Positions 10,458 to 19,628 of a stretch of 54,971 nucleotides of DNA are shown in pieces. The position numbers were made by a program, and so were the translations under genes. Location: positions 1,273 to 56,243 of the forward strand of contig CAZQKI010000003.1 of assembly GCA_964592855.1 (NCBI GenBank). Reading direction: 5' to 3'. The notes under the pieces are model-generated. The model was not told the origin of the DNA, did not search any database, and was given only the letters and a program-made list of their open reading frames with translations. Position 1 is the first letter of the stretch. The number at the start of each line of letters is the position of its first letter. The DNA is from an uncultured Lentisphaerales bacterium (GTDB lineage: Bacteria; Verrucomicrobiota; Kiritimatiellia; RFP12; JAAYLN01).

Positions 10458-11249
10458 ATGATGAAGATCAGCGTTTCATCGGCGCGGTGCACGCGTTGCG
10501 GGCGATGTCAGCGGGTCTGCCCGATGAAGCTTTTCAACGTCGACCCTCAGGCCGCGACCACACCGAAGGACGACGCCAACGAAAGGTGCCTCGCGTGCGG
10601 GCACTGCGTGGCCGCCTGTCCGACCGGGGCGATTCTTCTGGATGGCGTCCGCCCGGACACCCTGGAGAGCGCGAATGGACCGCTCCCCGGCTTCGATGAT
10701 GTGCGACGTCTGGTGGTGCGGCGCCGTTCGGTGCGCCTCTATCAGAATCGTCTGGTTCCCAAGAGCGAGGTGGCGCGGATCATCGATGCCGCGCGCTGGT
10801 CGCCGACGGCCATGAACCGGCAGCAGGTTGGCTGGACGGTGGTCATGCAGCCCGAGCGGGTCAAGGAGATCGCCGGGCAAGTGGTTGAATACATGCGGTT
10901 GAAGGGGGGGCGCGACGGAATCGTCGGAGCCTGGGATCATGGCTTTGATCCGGTCATGCGCGGCGCGCCGCATTTCATCGCCGCCCATGCCGCCACGGAT
11001 GATCGCTGGGCGCAGACCGATTGCGTCGTCGCGACGACGATGGTCGATCTGCTGGCGCGGGCCGCCGGCATCGGCACCTGCTGGGGCGGCTTCTTTCTGT
11101 TGACGGCCCAGGAGCATCGTCCGATTGCCGATGCGCTCGGCATCCCCGCGGACCATACGTTTTATGGCGGCTTGATGCTGGGATACCCGCTGGCGGCCTA
11201 TCTGCGGATTCCAGTGCGGAAGCCAGCCGCGGTCTCGTGGCTGGATTGA
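10458..11249 (+). CDS. Nitroreductase family protein with N-terminal 2x[4Fe-4S] ferredoxin domain
   Basis: CTRCGRCQRVCP and CLACGHCVAACP; RRSVRLY, SPTAMNRQ, GIGTCWGG, LGYP. Confidence 0.9.
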   Translation: MMKISVSSARCTRCGRCQRVCPMKLFNVDPQAATTPKDDANERCLACGHCVAACPTGAILLDGVRPDTLESANGPLPGFDDVRRLVVRRRSVRLYQNRLVPKSEVARIIDAARWSPTAMNRQQVGWTVVMQPERVKEIAGQVVEYMRLKGGRDGIVGAWDHGFDPVMRGAPHFIAAHAATDDRWAQTDCVVATTMVDLLARAAGIGTCWGGFFLLTAQEHRPIADALGIPADHTFYGGLMLGYPLAAYLRIPVRKPAAVSWLD

Positions 11250-11268
11250 GCCTGCGTCGCGCGGAGGA

Positions 11269-12075
11269 ATGGTGATGAAGTATTCCTTTATGAGTTTTTC
11301 GACGCCGGAACTCGATTTGGCCGCCGTGCTGGATGTCGCGCGGCGCATCGGGTACGACGGCATCGAGCCGCGTCTGGACTCGGGCCATGCCCATGGCATC
11401 GAGGTCGGTCTGTCCCGTGAACGGTGCGACGCCGTCCGTGCGCAGGCCGCCGATGCCGGGATTGAGCTGGCCTGCCTGGCCACCTCCCTGAAGTTTGCCG
11501 ATCCCGCCGCGACGGAGACGGTGCTGGCGCAGACCCGCGAACGGATCGACCTGGCCGGCAACCTGGGCGTCAAGACCGTGCGTGTGTTCGGCGGCAAGAT
11601 CCCGGACGGCATTGAGCGTGAGCAGGCGATCGACCAGGTCGCCCGGTGCCTCGCCGCCGTGGCCGACCAGGCGGAGGCGCGCGGCGTGACGCTGTGCCTC
11701 GAGACGCATGACGACTGGTGTGACCCGCGTCACGTGGCCGCCGTCATGCTTCGGGTCGGCCAGCCGGGCATCGCCGTCAACTGGGATATCATGCATCCGG
11801 TCCGGACGGGCAAGGCGACCATTGGCGAATCCTTTGAAACGCTCCGGCCCTGGATCCGCCACGTCCATGTGCACGACGGGGTGGGTCGGGAACTCAAGAT
11901 GGTGCCGATCGGCACGGGCGAGATCGACCACCGGTCCGCGCTGGCCTGCCTGGCTGCGGCGGAATATGGCGGATTCATCAGCGGCGAATGGATCCGGTGG
12001 GAACCGTACGCGACGCACCTCCCGCGCGAGCTGGAAACGCTGAAGCGCTACGAACGGGCGGCGCGGGGGGGATAG
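11269..12075 (+). CDS. Sugar phosphate isomerase/epimerase (xylose isomerase-like TIM barrel)
   Basis: GYDGIE, LETHD, NWDIMH, HVHVHD, GTGEID, YGGFISGE metal-ligand motifs. SD GGAGG. Confidence 0.88.
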   Translation: MVMKYSFMSFSTPELDLAAVLDVARRIGYDGIEPRLDSGHAHGIEVGLSRERCDAVRAQAADAGIELACLATSLKFADPAATETVLAQTRERIDLAGNLGVKTVRVFGGKIPDGIEREQAIDQVARCLAAVADQAEARGVTLCLETHDDWCDPRHVAAVMLRVGQPGIAVNWDIMHPVRTGKATIGESFETLRPWIRHVHVHDGVGRELKMVPIGTGEIDHRSALACLAAAEYGGFISGEWIRWEPYATHLPRELETLKRYERAARGG

Positions 12076-12341
12076 GGGCGCGATTCAACTTTGTTGAATC
12101 CGCACCCGATTCAGGCGTTAGGAGTTAGGCGTTAGGAGTTAGAAGATTCCATAAAGGGTGTTCTTGGTGTCTTCATGATGAAGACTCAAAGCTTTTTGCG
12201 GCAAGCCTGATCCTGAGAAGACTCAAGCTCAAAAAGGGCACCATGTTTTCGCGGGTTGTTGCGCAGACAATGCCTAACTCCTAACGCCTAGCGCCTAACT
12301 CCTTTGGTGCGATTCAGTTTCAACTAAACTGAATCGCACCC
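12076..12341. repeat. Composite intergenic element: REP-like hairpins plus inverted heptamer arrays, flanked by a 9-bp direct repeat
   Basis: Hairpins at 12082-12100 and 12306-12340. (AGG[A/C]GTT)x4 at 12113-12140 and about 5 reverse-complement units at 12269-12303. GGGGGATAG at 12067-12075 and 12342-12350. Confidence 0.75.
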
Positions 12342-12367
12342 GGGGGATAGAGCAAAACATTTTGGGT

Positions 12368-12396
12368 TTGCTTTTTCGGGGGGGATTCACTACGAT
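12368..12396 (+). promoter_or_regulatory. Sigma70 promoter of tRNA-His
   Basis: TTGCTT-17 bp-TACGAT, 18 bp upstream of the tRNA. Confidence 0.6.
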
Positions 12397-12414
12397 TGTG
12401 GTGTTTTCCGACAT

Positions 12415-12491
12415 GGCGATAGTAGCTCAGTTGGTAGAGCGCCAGATTGTGGTTCTGGATGTCGCGGGTTCGAGCCCCGTCCATCGCCCCA
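12415..12491 (+). tRNA. tRNA-His (GTG)
   Basis: Cloverleaf with D-arm GCTCAGTTGGTAGAGC, anticodon arm CCAGA-TTGTGGT-TCTGG and T-loop GTTCGAG. Encoded G-1:C73 and CCA. Confidence 0.97.
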
Positions 12492-12496
12492 TTTTC

Positions 12497-12532
12497 AAGA
12501 CCGGTGGGTGAAGACCCGCCGGTCTTTTTTTT
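12497..12532 (+). terminator. Rho-independent terminator after tRNA-His
   Basis: AAGACCGGTGGGT-GAAG-ACCCGCCGGTCTT stem-loop followed by a T run. Confidence 0.85.
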
Positions 12533-12807
12533 ACGGCGGTGCGCCTGGACCGCAAAAAGCCTCTGGTTTCCATGCGGTTCTGTCATTTGCGGTTCATTTT
12601 TGCTCGTTTATTGCTTGAATCAGCGAAGCCAAACAGTTGTCAAAGGACGGCTGTTCCGGTAAAATACCGCCGACCGTCGACGTTCAGTGCGAACTGCCGC
12701 TGTTGTTTAAACATTACGGCAAGACGGAAATGGAATTGAGAGGGGTTTGCTGCGGCTTCGACAACCCCTCCACCGACTGGAGTCAGCAGACGAGAGAAGG
12801 TCTTTTT

Positions 12808-13806
12808 ATGTCAAAGAGTGTTGTGATTCGTTCATTGGGTGCCTGTCTGCCCAACCGGCGCGTTTCGAATGACGAGTTGGCGCAGCAGATGAACGTGGAT
12901 ACCTCGGATGAGTGGATTCGTTCCCATACGGGGATCGGGTGGCGTCATATCATCGACGACGGTCAGACCAATGCCGACTTGGGGATGGTTGCTGCGCGCG
13001 AGGCCCTGACGCGGGCCGGGGTTGAAGCAGCCGACATTGACCTGATCATCCTTTCGACGACCACGCCCGATTACATCGGCTGCCCGTCGACGGCCTGTCT
13101 GGTCCAGGATAAGATCGGCGCGATCAATGCCATGGCCTTTGACATTACCGCGGCCTGTTCAGGCTTCGTGTACGGGGTGACGGTTGCCAAGAGCATGCTG
13201 CTGACCGGACTTGCCCGGCGCGCCCTGGTCGTCAGTTCGGAAGCGCTGACCCGGGTGACGGACTGGTCGGACCGCAACACCTGCGTCCTGTTCGGCGATG
13301 GCGCCGGCGTGGCGCTGTTGGAAGTCTCCGACGCCGAAAATCAGGGCATTCTGAATACGCGCCTGCGTGCGGACGGCAGCGGATGGGAATACATTGTGAC
13401 GCGGGACGGGGGCTGTGCCAACCCCTATCAACGTGGCAAGATGGCCCAGCGGAATCCGCCCGTGATCGAAATGAAGGGCAAGAAGGTCTATGCCTTCGCC
13501 ATCAAGGCGATTCCCGAGATTGTGCAGGGACTGGTCGCGGATGCCGGGATCACCCTGGAAGACGTCAAGTGGATTGTTCCGCATCAGGCCAACGGACGGA
13601 TCATTCAGGCGGCTGCGAGCCAGATGCAGATTCCGGAGTCCCGGTTCTTCGTGAATCTCGAACAGCGCGCCAACACGTCGAGCGCGTCAATTCCGATTGC
13701 CCTTTATGATTTGGAGGCGCAGGGAGGACTGCAGCGCGGCGATCTCATCGCCATCGTGGGGTTTGGCGGAGGTTTGACATCTGCCGGCGCGTTGATTCGC
13801 TGGTAG
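12808..13806 (+). CDS. fabH: 3-oxoacyl-ACP synthase III
   Basis: DTSDEWIRSHTGI, DITAACSGF (Cys), LFGDGAG, VPHQAN (His), ANTSSAS (Asn), GFGGGLT. Confidence 0.95.
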   Translation: MSKSVVIRSLGACLPNRRVSNDELAQQMNVDTSDEWIRSHTGIGWRHIIDDGQTNADLGMVAAREALTRAGVEAADIDLIILSTTTPDYIGCPSTACLVQDKIGAINAMAFDITAACSGFVYGVTVAKSMLLTGLARRALVVSSEALTRVTDWSDRNTCVLFGDGAGVALLEVSDAENQGILNTRLRADGSGWEYIVTRDGGCANPYQRGKMAQRNPPVIEMKGKKVYAFAIKAIPEIVQGLVADAGITLEDVKWIVPHQANGRIIQAAASQMQIPESRFFVNLEQRANTSSASIPIALYDLEAQGGLQRGDLIAIVGFGGGLTSAGALIRW

Positions 13807-13853
13807 AGCGTGTGAGCAAACTGAAACGTCCATGCCGATAACAAGGAACTAAT

Positions 13854-15104
13854 ATGCAGCGTAGAGTGGTGATCACAGGACTGGGCACGATAAACCCATT
13901 GGGCAATGATGTGGCATCCTTTTGGGAGGGTATACAGCAGGGGCGCAGCGGCGTCGGCCCCATCACCCGCTTTGATCCGGCTGCCCTGGAAGTCAAGATC
14001 GCGGCGGAGGTCAAGGGATTTGTCCCCGACCAGTGGATGGATGCCAAGGCAGCCCGCAAGATGGCGCTTTTTTCGCAGTATGCCGTGGCCGCCACGGCGC
14101 AGGCGCTGCAGGATGCCGGCTTGAACCAGGAGACCCTCGAACCGCTCCGCACGGGCATTGTCATCGGCAATGGCATCGGCGGATATGAAATCATCGAAGA
14201 GTCGATGGGCAAGTATTTTGCACAGGGTCCGCGCCGCATTCTCCCCTTCACGGTGCCGCAGATCATCTCGAACGAGGCGGCCGGCAATGTGGCCATGGCC
14301 TTTGGCATCAAGGGTTTTGCGCTGACCAGCGTGACCGCTTGCGCGTCGGGTACGGATGCGTTGGGCGCGGCGCTTGACCTGGTGCGCCACGGGCGCTGCG
14401 ATGTCTGTGTTTCCGGAGGGACGGAATCCGCGATCACGGGGTTCGGCATAGCCGGGTTCCAGGTCATCCGCGCGCTCTCCACCAAGTACAACGCGACCCC
14501 TGCCAAGGCCAGCCGTCCGTTCGACCGGGACCGGGATGGATTCATCATGGGCGAGGGGGCCGGCATTCTCATTCTCGAATCGCTGGATCATGCGCTGGCC
14601 CGCGGGGCCCGGATCTATGCCGAACTGGCGGGGTATGGCGTCACCTGCGACGCCTACCACCTGACGGCCCCCGATCCCGAGGGCGCGGGCGGGGCGCGGG
14701 CCATCAAGCTGGCCTTGGAAGATGCCGGCATCCGGCCGGACGAGGTGCAATACTACAACGCCCACGGCACCTCCACGCCGATCAACGACCCGCTGGAGAC
14801 CAAGATGATCAAGCTGGCCTTCGGCGACCATGCCAGGGCCATGAAGATTTCAAGCACCAAAAGCATGACGGGGCATCTGATTGCCGCGGCAGGTGCGGTC
14901 GAGGCACTGGCCTGCGTCCTGGCGATTCAAAATGGATTCTACCCACCGACGATCAACTTGGAAAATCAGGATGTCGAAGGCGGTTGCGATCTCGACTATG
15001 TGCCGAACCATGGGGTTCGCGGCGACATTGAGGTTGCCGTCTCCGGTTCGCTTGGCTTTGGCGGACATAATGCCGTAATTGTCATGAGGAAATACCGAAC
15101 ATGA
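13854..15104 (+). CDS. fabF: 3-oxoacyl-ACP synthase II
   Basis: RRVVITGLG, TACASG, SRPFDRDRDGFIMGEGAG, NAHGTST, KSMTGHL, GFGGHN. Confidence 0.95.
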   Translation: MQRRVVITGLGTINPLGNDVASFWEGIQQGRSGVGPITRFDPAALEVKIAAEVKGFVPDQWMDAKAARKMALFSQYAVAATAQALQDAGLNQETLEPLRTGIVIGNGIGGYEIIEESMGKYFAQGPRRILPFTVPQIISNEAAGNVAMAFGIKGFALTSVTACASGTDALGAALDLVRHGRCDVCVSGGTESAITGFGIAGFQVIRALSTKYNATPAKASRPFDRDRDGFIMGEGAGILILESLDHALARGARIYAELAGYGVTCDAYHLTAPDPEGAGGARAIKLALEDAGIRPDEVQYYNAHGTSTPINDPLETKMIKLAFGDHARAMKISSTKSMTGHLIAAAGAVEALACVLAIQNGFYPPTINLENQDVEGGCDLDYVPNHGVRGDIEVAVSGSLGFGGHNAVIVMRKYRT

Positions 15105-15532
15105 GTGCCGACATCACAAAACTGCTGCCCCACCGCAAACCCTTTCTCTTCCTCGACGATGTCGCGACGCGCGAGGACGGCGTGATTACCGGTTTGCACC
15201 GGTATGACGATAATGAATTTTTCTTTTCGGGACATTTCCCCGGATATCCCGTGGTTCCCGGCGTCATTCTGGTCGAGTCGATGGCGCAATGCGGAGGTGC
15301 CGCATTGGTGCAGGATGGGGCCATTCCCAGCAAATTCCATTTCTTCCTCGCGACGGTGAGGGACGTCAAATTCAGGCGGAAGGTCACACCCGGCGAAACT
15401 GTGCGTTTTGAAATTCGCACGATGCGCGTCACGAAGAAGATGTTTCGCCAGCGGGGACTGTGCTATGTTGGCGATGAGCTCACGGCAGAGGCGGAGTGGA
15501 TGTGCATCATCACACCCCAGGGGGCCGATTAG
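15101..15532 (+). CDS. fabZ: 3-hydroxyacyl-ACP dehydratase
   Basis: LLPHRKPFLFLD, FFSGHFPGYPVVPGVILVESMAQ, VKFRRKVTPG. ATGA overlap with fabF. Confidence 0.92.
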   Translation: MSADITKLLPHRKPFLFLDDVATREDGVITGLHRYDDNEFFFSGHFPGYPVVPGVILVESMAQCGGAALVQDGAIPSKFHFFLATVRDVKFRRKVTPGETVRFEIRTMRVTKKMFRQRGLCYVGDELTAEAEWMCIITPQGAD

Positions 15533-15601
15533 CCTTCTGGACGCAACGGATCATGTTGGATTATTTCAGTTCGATGTACCATTGACTGCGAAGGTATCGA
15601 T

Positions 15602-16828
15602 GTGAGCGTGTTCACCTTGAAACAAAGCCTGGGTTACCCTGCGCTGTCCCTTTTGGCGATGGCCTGCTTGCTGGCATGGCCGTTGTCGGGTCAGACGCAG
15701 CAACCGCCGGAGATGGTGGAGATGGCGCGTGTCTTCCGCGTGCATGCGCGGGATCTGAGCTCGCGGTACAACGAAACCATCAAGGCCCTGCCAGCGCAAT
15801 ACGCGAACGATATCAAGACGTTGCATGATCGGTATCAGCAGAATGGCGATCTCGATGGCGTTCTGGCAACGGCACGGGAACAGAAACGCTATCAGGAGGC
15901 GATGGCCGCGGAGCGTGATCCCTTCGAGTTGACACCCGAGATGCCGCCCGAGGCCATCGTCGCCAAACCGCAGGAGCTCCGCCAGTTGCAGGAACAGTAT
16001 GTCAGTCGGTTCAAGGATGCGGCGACGGTGCGCACGCGCGACATCAAGGAACTGGCGGGCAAATATGTCAAGAGCCTCCAGAAGGTGCAAAGCGAGCTGA
16101 CCCGGGCGGGACGCATCGACGAGGCGGTCGTCATCAAGGCGGAGTCCGAGTGCCTGCAGCAAGGAATGGAGGATGGAAGCATGATGCAATTGGTCGAGAA
16201 AATGGCGACGGAACTGCCGAAGACCGCCTCCGGTTCGTCCGTGGACGCCACGGCCGAGGTTGCGAAGCCCGGGGAGGTTCCCGTGTACGGGGTCGTTCCC
16301 AATTGGGCGAAGTGGAAATTTGTGAGTTCCAACCGTTTTTCCCGTGAGCGGACGCAGTATGACCATCCGGATGTGCCGGACGAACTGAAGGTGATGTACA
16401 GCGAGAAGACCGGGCGCGGGAACTTCTCGGGACGTTGTCTCGTCAATTCCGTGCAGATCGGGGAGATGATGTGCCGCTGGTTTGGCAAAGCGCTTGTTTG
16501 GCGGGTGGATGATGTCAGCACGTTGACGACGACCTTCGTGCTCACTTCCAGGCATATTTCGGCGGGTGAGGAGCACGGTCCAGCCGTGCAGTTGGCCGTG
16601 TTGTCCAATGGACAGCCGCTTCGGAAGATCAATGTCAACCTGCAGGAGACAGAAACCACGCTTCGCCTGGTCAAGGACACCAACTCGAACCGCTGTGCGC
16701 TCATGTGGCCGCGGGGGAGCCTGACGGAGACGTTCGAACTGCCGGAGGGCGGTGCGATCAGCGTGCTTCTCGGTGTCACCGTCCGCAATCCCGGCGAAAT
16801 CTGCGACACCTCGTTTATCATGCAGTAG
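15602..16828 (+). CDS. Secreted hypothetical protein: helical N-terminal half with a duplicated motif, beta-rich C-terminal half
   Basis: 408-aa ORF, GTG start, signal peptide. Two Y..xxxL/V......G.[LI]D.[VA].....E repeats. Confidence 0.7.
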   Translation: MSVFTLKQSLGYPALSLLAMACLLAWPLSGQTQQPPEMVEMARVFRVHARDLSSRYNETIKALPAQYANDIKTLHDRYQQNGDLDGVLATAREQKRYQEAMAAERDPFELTPEMPPEAIVAKPQELRQLQEQYVSRFKDAATVRTRDIKELAGKYVKSLQKVQSELTRAGRIDEAVVIKAESECLQQGMEDGSMMQLVEKMATELPKTASGSSVDATAEVAKPGEVPVYGVVPNWAKWKFVSSNRFSRERTQYDHPDVPDELKVMYSEKTGRGNFSGRCLVNSVQIGEMMCRWFGKALVWRVDDVSTLTTTFVLTSRHISAGEEHGPAVQLAVLSNGQPLRKINVNLQETETTLRLVKDTNSNRCALMWPRGSLTETFELPEGGAISVLLGVTVRNPGEICDTSFIMQ

Positions 16829-16869
16829 CGGACGCCGGTTGCTTGCCGCGACAAGGAAGGTGCATACGC

Positions 16870-17730
16870 ATGATCAGCGATACAGTTCAGACCGCGCTGC
16901 TGGCCTATCAGCGTGATGAAATCACGGAACATCACATTTATCTGCGTCTGGCCGGGCTCCAGAAAGATGCGCATAACCGCGATGTCCTCACGCGCATCGC
17001 CGCTGACGAACTGCGGCATGCCGAGACCTGGCGGCTCTACACCGGACAGGCGGTGGCCCCCAACTGGCACAAGGTGTATCGCTGCGTGTGGCTGTGCAAG
17101 ATCGGCGGTTTCACGTTCGGCGCCAAGCTGATGGAGCGCGGCGAAGACCGCGCGCAGGCGAACTACGACGCGCTGCCGCCGCAGATCGTGCAGGCCGTCG
17201 CCATCCGCCAGGACGAAGCCGCCCACGAGCAGAGCCTGCTCAACATGCTCGACGAGGAGCGGATGCGCTATGTCGGCTCGATCGTGCTTGGCCTCAACGA
17301 TGCGCTGGTGGAATTGACGGGCGCCCTGGCCGGCCTGACGCTGGCGTTGCAGGACACGCGCAAGATCGCCATGACCGGGTGCATCACCGGCATCGCGGCA
17401 TCCTTCTCCATGGCTGCCTCGGAATATCTCTCGACCAAGACCGAGGGCAGCAGACTCCACCCGCTCAAGGCGTCCCTCTACACGGGCATGACCTACGTCT
17501 CCACGGTGTTGCTCCTGATTCTCCCCTATCTCCTGCTGGCCAACTACTTCGTGGCGTTGGGTTGCACCCTCGCCATCGCCGTGGGGATCATGGCCGTGTT
17601 CAACTACTATATCTCCGTTGCACAGGACGTTCCCTTTGGACGGCGCTTTTCGGAGATGGCCGGATTGAGCCTGAGCGTTGCCGCCTTGAGCTTTGTCGTG
17701 GGCTATCTGCTGCGCGGCATGGGTGGCTGA
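16870..17730 (+). CDS. VIT1/CCC1-family transporter with N-terminal rubrerythrin/ferritin-like domain (MbfA-like)
   Basis: E..E...Y..LA...DELRHAETW and DEAAHE diiron-type motifs, then VLGLNDALVE and SMAASEYLS of VIT1/CCC1. SD GGAAGG. Confidence 0.88.
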   Translation: MISDTVQTALLAYQRDEITEHHIYLRLAGLQKDAHNRDVLTRIAADELRHAETWRLYTGQAVAPNWHKVYRCVWLCKIGGFTFGAKLMERGEDRAQANYDALPPQIVQAVAIRQDEAAHEQSLLNMLDEERMRYVGSIVLGLNDALVELTGALAGLTLALQDTRKIAMTGCITGIAASFSMAASEYLSTKTEGSRLHPLKASLYTGMTYVSTVLLLILPYLLLANYFVALGCTLAIAVGIMAVFNYYISVAQDVPFGRRFSEMAGLSLSVAALSFVVGYLLRGMGG

Positions 17731-17812
17731 GGTCCGGAGTCCTGCGCCGCGACGTGCGATGCATACAAGGATGCCCTCTGTCCCGAAGCCTCCACGGATG
17801 GGAAAGGTCTTC

Positions 17813-18871
17813 ATGCGGTACAACATCTACTACCGAAAGTGCGATGGCGCCCCGGCCAATCTCTTCAAGGAGAAATACGCCGGGAGCGGCATCGAGGCAC
17901 AGGTGTCTGCCGCCTGCCGTGCTTTCGCCGGCACCGATGCCGAGACGATCACGCCGCTCAACAGCGATGGCGATCACTATGCCTACCGCGTTAAACTGGC
18001 CGGCGAGGAGATGATTTTTCGCGCCGATACCTCCACCGATAACGATGACTACATGCTTGCGGAGGCGGCGGCGATGCGGCTGGCGCGCGGCGCCGGCGTC
18101 CCCGTGCCCACAGTCTTTACCACCGACGTTTCCCGGGTGTGTGTCCCGTGCCGCTGGCAGCTTCTCGAATGGGTTCCCGGCAAGGCGCTGGTGGACTATG
18201 ATCGCGACAAGACGCTGAACCGTGTCGCGATTGCCCGCCAGATCGGGACGCTATTCCGCCGGCTCCACTCCGTGCCGCTGGAAGGATTCGGCTTCTTCAA
18301 CACAAAGCTGCTTTCGGAAACGGGCCGCGTGCGCGGCCTTTACGCGAGCTACCGGGAATACTTCTGCTGCCGTCTGGACGACCATTGCCGCTATTTACTC
18401 GAACACGCCCTGGCCGATTGCGGCACGCTGAAGCGCGTCGCGGCCGTTTTCGAGGGGGCGCAGGCGCTCCTCGACCTGAAGGCGGGGGTTCTGGTTCACC
18501 GTGATCCTGCCTTCTGGAACCTGGTGGGTGAATCGGATCGCATTTCCGCCTTGATCGACTGGGATGATGTCGTTTCCGGCGATGCCGCGGACGACCTCGG
18601 GTTGATGTGGTGCTTTCACGATGCCCGCTTCATGCGGGACGTGCTGGCCGCCTATGGGAACGAAGAACCGGGCTTCGAGAGGCGAATATCCCTCCACTAT
18701 CTGCGGAACATGCTTTGGAAGACCGTCATCCGCCATCGGATGGGTTACTTCGAAAAAGGGCGGGATTTCTTTCTGAATGTGGCGCAAGGCAACGCCGTCA
18801 CATTGAAGGACGTAACCCTGAACAAGCTCAGCGAAGCATTGGAAAGGTGCGAATCGTCATGCAGTACTTGA
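17813..18871 (+). CDS. Aminoglycoside phosphotransferase/choline kinase-like protein
   Basis: EAAAM..AR..GVPVP, LLEWVPG, LRRLH-type segment (FRRLHS), Brenner-like VHRDPAFWN and LIDWDD. Confidence 0.8.
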   Translation: MRYNIYYRKCDGAPANLFKEKYAGSGIEAQVSAACRAFAGTDAETITPLNSDGDHYAYRVKLAGEEMIFRADTSTDNDDYMLAEAAAMRLARGAGVPVPTVFTTDVSRVCVPCRWQLLEWVPGKALVDYDRDKTLNRVAIARQIGTLFRRLHSVPLEGFGFFNTKLLSETGRVRGLYASYREYFCCRLDDHCRYLLEHALADCGTLKRVAAVFEGAQALLDLKAGVLVHRDPAFWNLVGESDRISALIDWDDVVSGDAADDLGLMWCFHDARFMRDVLAAYGNEEPGFERRISLHYLRNMLWKTVIRHRMGYFEKGRDFFLNVAQGNAVTLKDVTLNKLSEALERCESSCST

Positions 18872-19617
18872 AAATGGATCGGGATTTTTTGGCGGGACTC
18901 TGGCTGTCATCCGGCTCCGTTACCGCCGCCGAAATCGCCGGGGCTGCCGGTTTCGACTGGCTCCTGATCGACGGGGAGCACGGACTCGCGAGCGAGTCGG
19001 GCATCCTCGAAATTCTGCGGGCGCTGGCCGCCTCGACCGCATGCCCGGTCGTTCGGATACCGAGCCACGATTCGCCGCTGCTTGGGCGCGTCCTCGATTT
19101 CGGGGCGGGCGGCATCATGGCGCCGGGCGTTGAATCGGCCGACGAGGCCAGGCAGCTTGTGCAACGGATGCGCTATCCGCCCCGGGGAAAACGCGGGCTG
19201 ACGGCCTCCAGCCGTGCCGCGGGACATGGAAGTCAGTTCAAGACCTACTTTTCAGAGGCGAATGAGAAACTGGCCCTGATCGCCCAGATCGAAACCGCCG
19301 ACGGTGTGGCCCATGCCGATGAGATCGCCGCGGTTGACGGTGTTTCCGCCCTCTTCGTGGGACATTCCGATCTGAGTCTGAATCTCGGCGTTTTCGGCGA
19401 TTGGGAGCATGATGCCCTGAAGGCGGCCGAATCCCGGGTGATTGCGGCTTGCAGAAAATCGGGAAAGCTTCCGGGCATGCTGCTGAAAAGCGGTCAGAGC
19501 CCCGCTCCGTACCGCGAAAAGGGATTCCGGCTGATCGCGCTCGGAACCGATAGCGGGCTCCTCAGAAGCGGTTGCGCGAGCCTGCTCGCCGGCTGGCGCC
19601 AGGCGCCGGCAACTTAG
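18859..19617 (+). CDS. HpcH/HpaI-family class II pyruvate aldolase
   Basis: GFDWLLIDGEHG, PVVRIP, RYPPRGKRG, QIET, LFVGHSDL. Overlaps the kinase gene by 13 bp. Confidence 0.9.
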   Translation: MQYLKMDRDFLAGLWLSSGSVTAAEIAGAAGFDWLLIDGEHGLASESGILEILRALAASTACPVVRIPSHDSPLLGRVLDFGAGGIMAPGVESADEARQLVQRMRYPPRGKRGLTASSRAAGHGSQFKTYFSEANEKLALIAQIETADGVAHADEIAAVDGVSALFVGHSDLSLNLGVFGDWEHDALKAAESRVIAACRKSGKLPGMLLKSGQSPAPYREKGFRLIALGTDSGLLRSGCASLLAGWRQAPAT

Positions 19618-19628
19618 GGAGTTGCCGC

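Noticed and set aside
8447-10492. 681-aa minus-strand ORF, and similar ones at 1476-3272, 15892-17826 and 28342-30495
   Set aside because: They overlap well-supported plus-strand genes and show no protein-family signal.
12113-12142. TTAGG telomere-like repeats
   Set aside because: The period is 7, the array is internal and paired with its reverse complement; the resemblance is likely coincidental.
12415-12800. tRNA as an integration site for a prophage or island
   Set aside because: No integrase and no duplicated tRNA 3' end seen in the window.
16805-16828. DTSFIMQ* as a third example of the C-terminal motif
   Set aside because: Lacks the terminal basic residue and has a polar Ser in the hydrophobic run; too weak to count.
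17813-18871. Aminoglycoside resistance gene
   Set aside because: Only fold-level motifs are present, and the context is metabolic (overlapping aldolase).
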